64,000 nt of DNA from positions 2,790,001-2,854,000 of the forward strand of contig NC_087462.1 in the NCBI RefSeq assembly GCF_036321535.1. The letters run 5' to 3'. The stretch's first letter is position 1. The number at the start of each line of letters is the position of its first letter. Shown here in pieces: positions 1 to 12,749 of the stretch. The notes beneath the pieces were generated by a model. It worked only from the letters and a program-made list of their open reading frames with translations. It was not told the DNA's origin and made no database searches. The stretch is from Camelus dromedarius. Taxonomy: Eukaryota. The translations under genes were made by a program, and so were the position numbers.

Positions 1-59
1 GGCGCCTGGCCCTGCGGCGCTCTGGGGTGGGCCTCTGACCCTGCAGCCATTCTGACCTC

Positions 60-400
60 CTGAATGTCTCAGCTTGCGGGGCTTTTTGTTTTTGGCCACT
101 TCAACTCCCTCATTGTTTCTGATGCTTAGCGCTTTGTGATCTGTGTATAAAACCTGTGCATACCAAGGCTGTGGAAGTGTTTTCATACCCTTTCTTCGAC
201 ATCTTTTTTGTTTTAGCCTCACAGTCACGTCTGTGCTTTGTCTCTAACCGTGTGTGTGGTGTGAGGGAGGAATCAGCATCCACCCATTTTTTGGTAAACA
301 GTGAATTGGGCTTTTTATCCTGACTTTTTTAATCTAAAGTCCATTTTCTCTGTTGGTCAAAATGACCCTGTGGTTTTTTTTTTTTTTTCAGCTGGCAGTT
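60..400 (-). mobile_element. Ancient degraded L1 ORF2 3' fragment (A-rich L1-like sequence may extend to about 1370)
   Basis: The reverse strand reads ...cctccctcacaccacacacac...cacagccttggtatgcacagg...acaaagcgctaagcatcagaaacaatgag, which resembles the L1 ORF2 3' consensus. Multiple stops; no intact frame. Confidence 0.5.
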
Positions 401-656
401 TTGAGATTGTCATTTTATCTTCTGATCATTTTTGATGCTTGAGCCCAAAAGTAGGGGGGTGTCACGTGTAAAGAGTTTTGATCCAGTTGTTTTGGACCCA
501 GTAGATTTTGATCCCAAATTGTTTTCTTTGTTTTTTAAATACAGGGAATACTTTTTGGACCTTGATGGTGGATCTTTTGACTCCATCTTTCTTCTTAAAA
601 ACAAAAAAACAAAACACAAAAGATCCCTAGCAACTGTCTTAGCAAATATGTGAATA

Positions 657-763
657 AAAAGCCACATTTATTTATTTATTTTGCATATATATAGTTTTTG
701 TTGAAGTATAGTCAGTTTGCAATGTTGTGTCAATTTCTGGTGTACAGAAAAGCCACATTTATT
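657..763 (-). mobile_element. 75-bp L1 3'-terminal insertion with 16-bp TSD
   Basis: AAAAGCCACATTTATT at 657-672 and 748-763 flanks ctgtacaccagaaattgacacaacattgcaaactgactatacttcaac plus an A-rich tail (minus strand). Confidence 0.75.
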
Positions 764-1740
764 CATTGTCATCAGAAAAGCATTTTTCTCTCCATGCCTC
801 TGTTTACTCACCCATTTGATGGAAATAATAGTAGTTCCTAGTCCTCACATGACCATTAAATGGTTTAATTTCTGTAAGTGACAGGACAGTGATCGTACAA
901 GCCGTTATCGAATGGCAGCCAAGAGTGCTCTTTTTCCAGGAATGTGCTCTTTTAAACCGGTTAAGTGTTTGATTACTTCTTAGAATTCACAGTCCAGCCT
1001 AAGTGTACTCATCTTCATATTTATTCTCCAAATTTTACTTTCTCTCATGAGCACTTCTTTTTGGGGTAAATTTTGCAAGTCTGATTTGATTCATCAATCA
1101 GTTTAGGGCTTTTAAAAAAATTACTGTTAATGTGTATCCAGTCTGTACCAAGTAGAACATCAGATTATTATCTGTTTTCCCGGAGCTGTTATTTCCATAA
1201 AGGCCAGTGTTCCCCCCAGGATCAGTTTCTGCAGATCTGACATTGCTCCGATCTCGATACTTCTGTGAAAATGCAGTCTTCAGGTTTTGGACGTTTGTTC
1301 ACTTTTCATCCAGATTCTTCTGTTTTTCCTTCACTTTGTAAGAAATCTACAAACCTTCATACCCCTGGCAGAGAAGAGAATATTAGTAATTAGTTATAAT
1401 TATAATATTAGTTATTTGTAATAATAATAGTAACAACAATATCACAGGCTTGAATGTCGCACCCACTGCGTGCCAGGCACTGTTCTAAGCCTGTTCCTCA
1501 TTTTTGCTCATCCTACCCTGATGACCACCCTGTGAAGTGGGGGCTCTTACTCTCCTCACTTTGCAGATAAGGAAATTGAGGCACAGAGAGCTTACGTCAC
1601 TTGTCTAAGGCCACACAGATTGGCAGAGTCACGATGTTCATAAGTCCCCAAGGAAATGCAGAACTTCCCTGAAGCAGTTTCCTTGAGGTCAAATGGGCTT
1701 GAAAGTCCTCAGGCCCAAATAGAAGGGTCAGAATCTTTAG

Positions 1741-3891
<2,151 letters not shown>

Positions 3892-4138
3892 GATCAGAGC
3901 CCTGCCCTCTGCCCACCAGGCCCCGCCCTGGGGTGTCCAGACTCACGCACTGACCACCCGCACTCGGAGACCGGCTGGGGCCCCTTCCCGACTGTCCCTC
4001 ACTGTCCGTGTTGCCCCTTGGTCCCTGCACACCCTGGTCAGCCTAGACTCAGGCTCTGACTGTGCCCCTGACCCCCAACCGGACAATCTGTGTGTCCCCT
4101 CTCCCACGTCCGGTCTGGTCACCAGGTGCCACCATAGG

Positions 4139-4144
4139 AATAAA
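4139..4144 (+). terminator. ANKRD24 poly(A) signal
   Basis: AATAAA about 250 nt after the stop codon. Confidence 0.75.
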
Positions 4145-4790
4145 AGCTCACGGAGCAGAGGATGAAAGCACCGTGTGGCCTGGTTGCTGGGCTCCCGCTG
4201 TGGGGCGCGCAGGGGCCACCCCCGAGCAGGGATGAGGGGCTCGGGGGAGAGTGAGGCCGGATGCAGTCTCCGCGGTGAACGCCACGTGAGCGTTATTTTT
4301 GGAAAGTCAGAAGGGACACCCAGAAGTTCACGATGAACAAACTCTCCGAGTGTTAAGTGGAGACAGGATCTTACCTCACTGCCCTCACCCTAACCCGGCC
4401 GGGTGGGGGTGCCCCGCCCCAGCCCCCCTGCCCTGGGGCGGCCCTCCCGGAATCCCTGGGGATTCTCGTTGCTTTCTGGCTCAGGCAGGGGGCAGCCCTG
4501 TGTCCAGCCTGTCTCTGGGGTTTCCTTGGTGTCCTGCACTGGCTCAGCCTGTCCCTGGGCACCCCAGGCCCTCAGAGGCTGTCCACAGGGGGCTGCCTCC
4601 CCAGGGCCTGTGTTTCCGTCTCCCTGTGGCCTGGAGGGCGGAGCTCCGCGGCGGCAGTGGGGGGGTCCCCAGCACTGGGGTTGATGCGTGCATGGGCATC
4701 TCCTGTGTCGGTGCCTGGTTCTCTCTGTCTCTCTGTCCCTCCCCTCCTCGGCCTTTCTCTGTCTTTCTCTATGTCATCATCCCCCTCCCC

Positions 4791-5012
4791 GGGGTTCCCC
4801 CTCCTCACTGCAGCCAGAAGGAAGGCTCTGCTGGGAAAGGCCATGGGGTCACCACTTCTCCCTTTTGTGGCCTCCTCTCCCTGCCCTCTGTTGGGGCCTT
4901 CCATCCCCGAGAGGTGTGGCCAAGGAGGGGACCAGGGGCTCCTCCTCCATCCCTGCTTGACTCTCCACTGGCCCCATGTACCGGGCAGTGAGTCAGAAAG
5001 GGAAGGGGAAGT
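4791..5012 (+). promoter_or_regulatory. EBI3 proximal promoter motifs: kB site, AP-1, PU.1/ETS
   Basis: GGGGTTCCCC (fits GGGRNWYYCC) at 4791-4800, TGAGTCA at 4989-4995 and GGGGAAGT at 5005-5012, 110-330 nt upstream of the EBI3 ATG. EBI3 is an established NF-kB/PU.1-induced gene. Confidence 0.55.
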
Positions 5013-5120
5013 GGGGGGCCTCAACCAGGGCCTGGGCTTCCCCCTGGGTGGGACCTAAGTCCTCTCTCTCCCTGAGGGTTCTCCCTGCCCCAACCCCTGG
5101 AAGCAGAGTTCGCCAGAGCC

Positions 5121-8100
5121 ATGGCCACGGGACTTGTTCTGGCCCTCGCCCTCTGGGTGGGCTGCTCACCCTGCCTCGGGAGAGAAGGTACGTGGGGACC
5201 CCAAGGGGTGGGGGGGCCAGGACAGAGGGACACTGTCTGGGGACTGGGCTTTGTCTGCTGTGGGACATTCTGGGTGGATTAGGAGCTCACACACCTACTG
5301 TGTACCCCCTGGTGGGAAGGGGTGACCATCCCATTGCATGGACAGGGAAACTGAGGCACGGGGAGGATGAGTCCTACCTGAGGGTGACACCAGGATGTGG
5401 CAGCTACAGCCTGGAGGGAGGGAAGCAGAGAGAGAGAAATTTTAGTCGTCTGCATTCATTTCATGTGATTAAAAATAAAACTATCACAAAGAGGGGGGTC
5501 CAGTAAAACATCTCCCTCCTATCAGAAATCCCCTCCATCCCCAGGTCCCCTCTGTGGCTCCCACAACCTCAGTTTCTCCATCTGGAAAATGGGCTAACAG
5601 TCCCTTCCTTGCTGGGTTGTAGCAGGGCTGAGAGACGAGGTAGACGCCTTTCATTCAGGTACTTATTGTTTCCACAAACCCTTGTTAGTCACCTACTGTG
5701 TTCCCAGCACTGGCTGGCAGCACGGCAGGGGCTGAGGCATGGTAGAGCTTTGACAGTCCTGGGTGAATCGGAAGTTCACGAGCCTCTCCACTTCTCTCTC
5801 TGGGACCCCAGGAGCTCCCACCCAACCCAGGCTGCAGTGTCAGGCCTCTAGGTACCCAGTCGCCGTGGACTGCTTCTGGACCCTGCCGCCTGCTCCAGAC
5901 TCCACCAGGACCACCTCCTTCATCGCCACGTACAGGTCAGAGAGCCTGGAGGGCTTCCTGGGGATTCCAGGGCTGGGCTGACACGCTAGGATCTGGGCAA
6001 CTGGAGACTTAATGAGAGCCTGAAACCCCTGGGATTCTAGAGCAGGCACCAACCCTTGGAAACATAATCCCTAAGCTACATTCTGCGAGCCACGTGTGGA
6101 GGGTGAAATTTTCTAGAAGCCACATTTTAAAAAATAAAAGGAAATGGATGACATTGATTTTAATATTTTATTTAAATAATATCTGAATATTACAACCAGC
6201 ATTTAATATGGTTGAACGCAATGTAATTTAACACCCTTATATATGATTCATATATTTAAATTTATACCAGAAGTTGATTTAATATCACTTAATATGATTA
6301 TCTAAAGTATTATTTCAACAGGTAATCCATACTTTAAAAATTAATGAGTTATTTTACGTTCTGTCTTGTTGCACTAAGTCATGGAAATTCCATGTATGTC
6401 TTACGTGATAGCATGTTTCAATTCAGATGCTAAATTTCCATCAGAAATTCTTGGTCTCTGATGAGATTTCATACAATTTATGTTTGGAAAAGCAGATTCA
6501 CCCACCAAAGTTGTCCTGAGAAACTTTTCCAAGGCTTCTGATAACTGGAAACTTTTCATTTAGATGAGATAAAATAAGATAAAAAGTTGCAGTTGGTTGC
6601 CCTGGCCACACTCGAACTGCGGGGTGGCCACCTGGGGCTGGTGCTGCCCACATCCACACGCAGAAGCCCAACATTTAGGATGGATGCTGCACAGAGCTCC
6701 TGGGAGCGTGCTGAGCTCGTCTCCAGAGTCTGAAATCTTGGGATGTCAGAACTGGAGAGAATTGGAATCTTATTATTTCGGATTCTGGCGTCTGTGAATC
6801 GTAGGCCTGGAAGTACTGGAATTCCAGGGCTGGAGTGTTGACATTCCAGAAACCTTTAGAACTGGACCCTAGCATCTCCCCGTGGGGTGTTACCCCAGAC
6901 CCTGGGTCACCTGGGCTCTGTGATGTTGGGGTGAGCAGCTCCCCCAGGGACCTGCAGCCAAGAGCAGGACCCCAACCCGGGGCTGCTCACCCCCTGTCCG
7001 CACTTGGGGTCCAAGGCACAGGCAGGGCAGCAGGAAGTGCTAGGACCCTCACAGCGCCCGCCCCGTGTCTAGGCTTGGAGTGGCGGCCCAGGGGCAGAGC
7101 CGGCCCTGCCTCCAGCCCAGGCCGGAGGCCACCAGCTGCACCATTCCTGACGTCCAGATGTTCTCCATGGTGCCCTACGTGCTCAACGTCACAGCCGTCC
7201 ACCGCCAGGGCGTCAGCAGCAGCTTCCTGCCCTTTGTCCCGGAGAACGTCAGTGAGTGGGGGTGGCGGTGAGGGTGTGGAGGGGCGCCGGCTTGCTCCTG
7301 CTCCTCCCTCCTCTCACCATTCCCCTCCTCCCACCTGTCACTCATCCTGTCCATCTGTCCTGGATCCTGTGGGCCCCGCCTTCATAGCTCATCAAGAATC
7401 TGCCCACTTCTCCTACTCCTGAGCCCCTACCTGGTCAGATCTCTATCATTGCCTACCTGGACCAGCGCAGTTCCCTCGGTCCTGGTACCCCAGCTCTTGC
7501 CCTCAACCCCTGTCTGTCTTCCCCACAGCGGACACTGGAGGGCGCCTCTGAGCCCCGAGTCAGATTTTGCCCTAGGCTCCCATCCTCTCCCTCACAGTCT
7601 GTCCTCCCTGCAGTGGCCACCAGAGGGCGCCTGTGAGCTCCCAGTCAGGTCCCGCCCCTCTCCCCAAGCCCTCCAGGGCTCCCACTTCCCTTGGGGTAAA
7701 AGCCTGAGCCCCCCCCCCCCCGCAGCCCACAGGGCCTTGACCTGTCCCCCGTCCCCTTCCCGCCCTCTTTCCCTCCCTCTGTCCCCCTCACTCTATTCCA
7801 TCCACACCTGCCTCCTCCTTGTACCTCCAACAAGCTAGGCATGGTCCTGCCCCATGCCTTTTGCAGACTGTTCCCTCTGCCTATATTTTTAAAAATTGCA
7901 GCCATCATACATTACTGTTGATTACTAGAAGATAGTCTGGCAGAGTTAAACATAAGCGTTAAACGTAAGTTACCACGTAACTCCCAGCAACCCCAGTTCT
8001 AGGCATGTATCTAAGAGAAATGGAAACACATGTACACATGAACACAAGTGTTCATAGCAGCACGACCCGTAATAGACAAGTAGAAACAGCACAAGTGCCC

Positions 8101-11100
8101 CTGCAAAGCGCGTCCCTCCACACACGGGAGCGTTGCTCCGCCGTGAAAGGGAGAGCATCCCTGACAGCCGCCCCCGCGGGGACGGACCCCGAGAGCACGG
8201 TGCTCAGGGAGAGAAGCGGGCACAGAAGGACACGCAGCGTGTGGCTCTGTTCTTAATGAAACATCCAGAACAGGCCAGTCCACAAAGAGAGAGAGTGGTT
8301 TAGTGGTTGTCAGGGCTAGAGAGGGAGGAATGGGGGGTGACTGCTAAGGGGGATGGGATTTCTTTTGGGAGTGATGGAATGTTCTGGTTTAAATAGTGGT
8401 GATGGCTGCACAACTCTGTGGATATACTAAAAATCAATGAATTGTATATTTTTAAAAGGTGAGTTTTGTGGTATGTTTTGTGGTATTTCTGAGACTGTGT
8501 CAGAAAACATTACAGTCCGCTCCCCTCTTTGTGCTCCTGAATTTTCTTCCCTCCTTTTTATGACCTTCAGATTTGCCTCTTGTCTGTTGTCTTCTGCTCT
8601 GATGGACCGAGAACCCAGAGGACAGGGCTTGGGTTGGGGCTGGCCCTACTGTGTCCCCTGTGTCCCCAGTGTCCAGGACATGGTTGAACACTCAGTAGGC
8701 ACTCAGTATTTATTGGCTGATTGTATAAATGATTGAACAAATGTGCCTTCCGCTGACCCTGCCTCCTGCTTGCCCGTCAGTCAAACCAGACCCTCCGGAA
8801 GGCGTACGCCTGAGCCCCCTCCCTGGGCAGCGACTGTGGGTACAGTGGGAACCCCCCCGGTCCTGGCCTTTCCCCGAGATCTTCTCACTCAAATACCGGC
8901 TTCGCTACAAGCGTCATGGAGCTACCCGCTTCCGCCAGGTGAGGAGGACTGTGGGACGGGTGGATGGTCCCAGGGCGAGGAAGCAGCACGTGCAAAAGGT
9001 GCAGTGCGCCTGGATCACAGCTTGGGGCGCTAGAGAGCGACATACAGGCAGCCCGGCAGTTTCCTCCTGGGCGTCCACTCAAAAGAATTATAAACAGGGA
9101 CTCAAATACTTGTACACGAACATTCCCAGCAGCACTAGTCACAACGACCGAAAGGTGGAAACAACCCAAATGCCCATCAGCAGATGATGGAGACACAGAA
9201 CGAGGTCCCTCCACACACGGGAGCATCGCTCAGCCGTGAAAGGGAGAGCAGCCCTGACACCCGCTCCCACGGGGACGGACCCCGAGAGCGCGGTGCTCAG
9301 GGAGAGAAGCAGGCACAGAAGGACACGCAGTGTGTGATTTCACATATATAAAGTGTCCAGAACAGGCCGGTCCACAGAGAGAGAGAGTGGGCTCCTGGTT
9401 GTCAAGGGCTGAAGGAGGGGAGCGGAAGTGATCGCTGAGTGGGACAGGGTTTCTTTTGGGGTCATGGAATGTTTTGGAACTCGAGTGGTGATGGTGGCAC
9501 AACACTGCGAATGTGCTAAATGCCTCTGAATTGTGCATTTCGGGATGGTTACATTTATGTCATGGGAATTTCACCTGAATGGAGAGCAACACACATTGTT
9601 TTAAATTTTTAAAAATTTTATTAATTTTTGTGGGGGGCAGGTAGCGAGGTTTATTTATTTACTTAACGGAGGTGCTGGGGATTGGACCCAGGACCTCATG
9701 CATGCTAAGCTGGCACTCTACCACTGAGCTACACCCTCCCCTGCCATCGTTTTAAACTCTTAAAAAATAAAAAATAAAGGCAGGGAACCGCTGAGCATCT
9801 GGGAAGGTCAGTCGTGTCCTGGGCAGCCTCGGGCACTAGGGCAAGGAGCTGAGTCTCTGCAGGGTTGAGGCTTTTGCCATCCTGTCCCACAAAACTTTCT
9901 GCCACAGTGGAAATATTCCATATCCACATTGTCCCGGATATGAGCTACCGGGTGGTAGCAACATAGAGAGTAGCCAAGGAACTGGCTTTAAGTTTTATTC
10001 GGCGCTCATTAATTTCACTGTGTAAATGTTTGCAACTTTTTTAAATGGAGGTACCAGGAACTGAACGCATGCGCTCTACCACTGAGCTATTTCCTTCCCC
10101 CCCTGCAATTTCAAAATTGAGACAGAATGCACATGCCACGAAGCTGAGTGTTTTATAGCGCACAAGCCAGGAGCCCTGAGTGGACTCATAGGCTGTTCAA
10201 CCATTAATTGATCTAAATTTAAAATGTAAAGTGTCACATCCAGCTGCCACATGGGACAGCTCGGTGAGCGAGGAGGGAGACAGACCTGGGCTTGGGAAGC
10301 TGCCTGTGGTGGCTGGCTGGGGACACGCTGAGGTGAGGGGGGACCTGGACCAGGAGGAAGACTGTGCAGGGGCCAGGGACAGAGAGGACAGTCCAGATGG
10401 AGGGAGAACAGAAGAGGCAGAGCTGAGCGGGTGTCTCATCACAGATGAAATCTGTGCCTGAGTGAGGACACGGAGCAGTCAAGGCAGTGAAAAGAAGAAT
10501 TTATTACATTTCCTGAGAGAAAGGGGCACACTGCACCACACAGGTCACATCAGGCCTGCGGGGCCAGGGGAGAGCCCAGGCCGGAGCGCAACTGGGGTTC
10601 CCGCGGGAAGGGTGAGGCATGGCAGGTCAACAGCTTAGAGGTGGCGCGTTTCAAGAATTCCAGGGGCTCCGGGCTGCAAGGTGGTCTCCAGCTGCCTGGT
10701 ACCCAGCTCTGCGGTGATTCAGGGCCGGGGCAGGGGGTGTGGGATGGTGTGTGAGGTAGAGGAAGGGGGTTGAATGGGGTGTGGACTCAGGATTGATTGG
10801 CTTGTCTATGAAAGGCATGCTCCTGGTTGATCAAGAATTGATGAGCTCCGGGAGGGGCAGTCTCTCCCTGGTCAGCAGGATGTTTAAGATGTCCAAAGAC
10901 GTGGAAGGGGCCGCCGATGGCATGCCTTTAGGATGGGCATTTGGTGCCTGAGTCCTGGCACAGCAGCCTGAGCAGGGGGACAGAAGGCTCCATCACAGCC
11001 TCCTGTTGCTACTCACCCGGCACTCCTTCTGCTCTCAGGTGGGGCCCATTGAGGCCACGTCCTTCACCCTCAGGGCTGTGAGGCCCCAAGCCAGGTACTG

Positions 11101-11191
11101 CATCCAGGTGGCTGCCCAGGACCTCACTGACTACGGGGAATCGAGCGCTTGGAGTCTCCCTGCTGCTGCCTCTGTCACCCTGGGCAAGTAG
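5121..11191 (+). CDS. EBI3: Epstein-Barr virus induced 3 (IL-27/IL-35 beta subunit), 226 aa as spliced at canonical AGs
   Basis: Exons: 5121-5187 (signal peptide MATGLVLALALWVGCSPCLGRE), 5812-5935 (APTQPRLQCQASRYPVAVDCFWTL...FIATYR), 7073-7251 (LGVAAQGQSRPCLQ...FSMVPYVLNVTAVH...), 8781-8938 (IKPDPPEGVRLSP...WPFPEIFSLKY...), 11039-11191 (VGPIEATSF...AAQDLTDYGESSAWSLP...LGK*). Phases are consistent. Two FnIII domains, four conserved Cys and a WSXWS-like motif are present. Confidence 0.97.
6050..6660. mobile_element. hAT-Charlie1/MER33-like DNA transposon remnant
   Basis: AT-rich block with gcgagccacgtgtg...aaattttctagaagccacatt, tatttcaacaggtaatc, cactaagtcatggaaattcc and ggccacactc...gtggccac ends. 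Confidence 0.6.
7890..8490 (+). mobile_element. L1 (L1MB-like) 3' UTR fragment, GC-shifted core
   Basis: Contains ccagttctaggcatgtatctaagagaaatggaaac, ccagaacaggc...agtggttgtcagggctag, gggatttcttttgggagtgatggaatgttct and gatggctgcacaactctgtg. Confidence 0.8.
9050..9570 (+). mobile_element. L1 (L1MB-like) 3' UTR fragment, GC-shifted core
   Basis: Same landmarks as 7890-8490 (ggtggaaacaacccaaatgcccatcagcag, gtccagaacaggc, ggtttcttttggggtcatggaatgttttggaac). Confidence 0.8.
9601..9741 (-). mobile_element. tRNA-Ala-derived SINE (Vic-1-like)
   Basis: The reverse strand reads GGGGAGGGTGTAGCTCAGTGGTAGAGTGCCAGCTTAGCATGCATGAGGTCCTGGGTCCAATCCCCAGCACCTCC followed by an AT-rich tail. Confidence 0.85.
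9880..10260. mobile_element. MER3-like hAT element interrupted by a truncated SINE (about 10037-10103) and an L1 fragment
   Basis: tgtcccacaaaactttctgccacagtggaaatattcc start and gctgccacatgggacagc end; the internal gcgctctaccactgagctat is the SINE head in reverse. Confidence 0.55.
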
Positions 11192-11868
11192 TAGGGGCCT
11201 CCCAGCACCCCCTAAAGAGGGGCTGGATCCTTGCCATTCACCTGGGGATGAATGGGATCTATCTGACCTGGGTTCGCTGCTGCCGAGTTGCTGGACAACC
11301 TTGGACAAGTGACTTTGCTTCTCTGAGCCTCCAATTCTCAATCTGTGAATGGGGATGTATTCCTTCCCTCTTTTGAAATAGTGCAAAGTTTTGTGAACTG
11401 TGAATATGAGGGGTTTTTTTTCACTTGTTCAATTAGAAAAGGGTCATTGCCACTGGAATCGGGACTCTTCCTCCTCTTCCTTCAACAGAGGAGAGTCTGG
11501 GAGGAGAGGGCAGACCAGACACACACAGTGAATCCCTGCTCTGTGTGTGAGGTCAGGGCTGGACCAGAGGAAGAGATGGGCTGGGGGAGTCAGGGCAGGG
11601 GTGGAGGCGTTCTGCCTGGGATAGAATGGTGAAATGCATTCGGTTCAGCAGTTGGGTTCACTTGCCTCCTCAGAGGCTACCTAGTTGTGAGCCCCACTGT
11701 GGTGGGCACAAATGGGACATGAGTTTGTCTGGGAAGATTTCTCTGAGGAGGGGGAAAAACAGCCAGTCCCTGAAGCGTTTTCTCAATCCAGGGGTTTCTC
11801 TGTGCTTTTCACTCAGGTCTCAAGTCAAAGGTCAATTCCTCCAAGAAGCCTTCCCCGACCACCTCATC

Positions 11869-12364
11869 TATGGCAGGCAGAATAATGACTCCCTAAAGAT
11901 ACCCATGTCCTAATCCCCAGAAGCTGTGACTATGGTACCTTACATGGCAAAAGGGACTTTGCGTATGAAATTAAATTAATGATCTTGAGGATTCTTAATT
12001 TAAAGATTAAGGATCTTTCATTAGCTTAATGAAAATGAAGTAAAGTTATACTGCGTTATTCAGGTGGCCCCAGGTAATCACAAGTGTCCTTATAAAAGGG
12101 AAGCAGGAGGGTCAGAGGGAGACATAGGAGGTCATGTGACAATGGTAGCAGAGGTCAGAGTGAGACAGGGCCGTGAGCCATGGAATTCCGGCAGCGTCTA
12201 GGAGCTGGAAAAGTCAAGGAAACAGATTCTCTCCTGGAGCCTCCAGAAGGAACCAGTCCTACCACCCATTTTAGGCTTGTGATCTCCAGAACTATAATAA
12301 ATGTGTTGTTTTGAAGTATTGAGCTAGTGGCATTTTGTTACAGCAGCCACAGGACGCTGACACA
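11869..12364 (+). mobile_element. MLT1 (MaLR, MLT1C/D-like) solo LTR
   Basis: Starts tatggcaggcagaataatg and contains ccttacatggcaaaagggactttgc, TATAAAA at 12091, gaaacagattctc...gagcctccagaaggaac, AATAAA at 12296 and the ttgttacagcagcc...gaca end. These are typical MLT1 LTR landmarks. Confidence 0.85.
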
Positions 12365-12749
12365 TCGGAAGTAGCCACTACTCATCACTTTTTATCCTGA
12401 AGGTCTCTGACACGGAACAAACATTTGTAAAAAGGAGGGAGGAGGTCAGGGAAGGGACATCCTCTTTAGAGGGACTATGCAGAGGCAAGCAATGGTGGGA
12501 GGACAGCAGGGAGCTAACGTGTGTGTAGGGGTAAGTAGATTTGGAGCCTGGTCTTTGAGTCTCTGCCTGTGACTCAAGATAAACTTGGGGTAGGGCGACC
12601 AGGGTGCTCCTTTGTGGACATGTGTGGCCCTTGAGAACTGTCCCAGTCCCCAGGTGAGCGCTAGGGACACAGGAAAAGTGTGTGGGTTCCCAAGGCCCAA
12701 CACACAGGGTAGGCGCCCAACAGTGAGCCCTTTATTTGCTGAATGAAAG

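Noticed and set aside
410-667. ORFs 410-667 (-) and 432-653 (+) with repetitive GSK/DP motifs
   Set aside because: They lie in an AT-rich, L1-like intronic remnant and have no splice context or recognisable domain.
4299-5058. Overlapping 230-aa and 233-aa ORFs upstream of EBI3 (also 23052-23723, 29817-30512 and 32151-32834)
   Set aside because: Non-ATG or weak starts, low-complexity Pro/Gly/Leu composition, overlap with repeats or promoter sequence, and no recognisable family.
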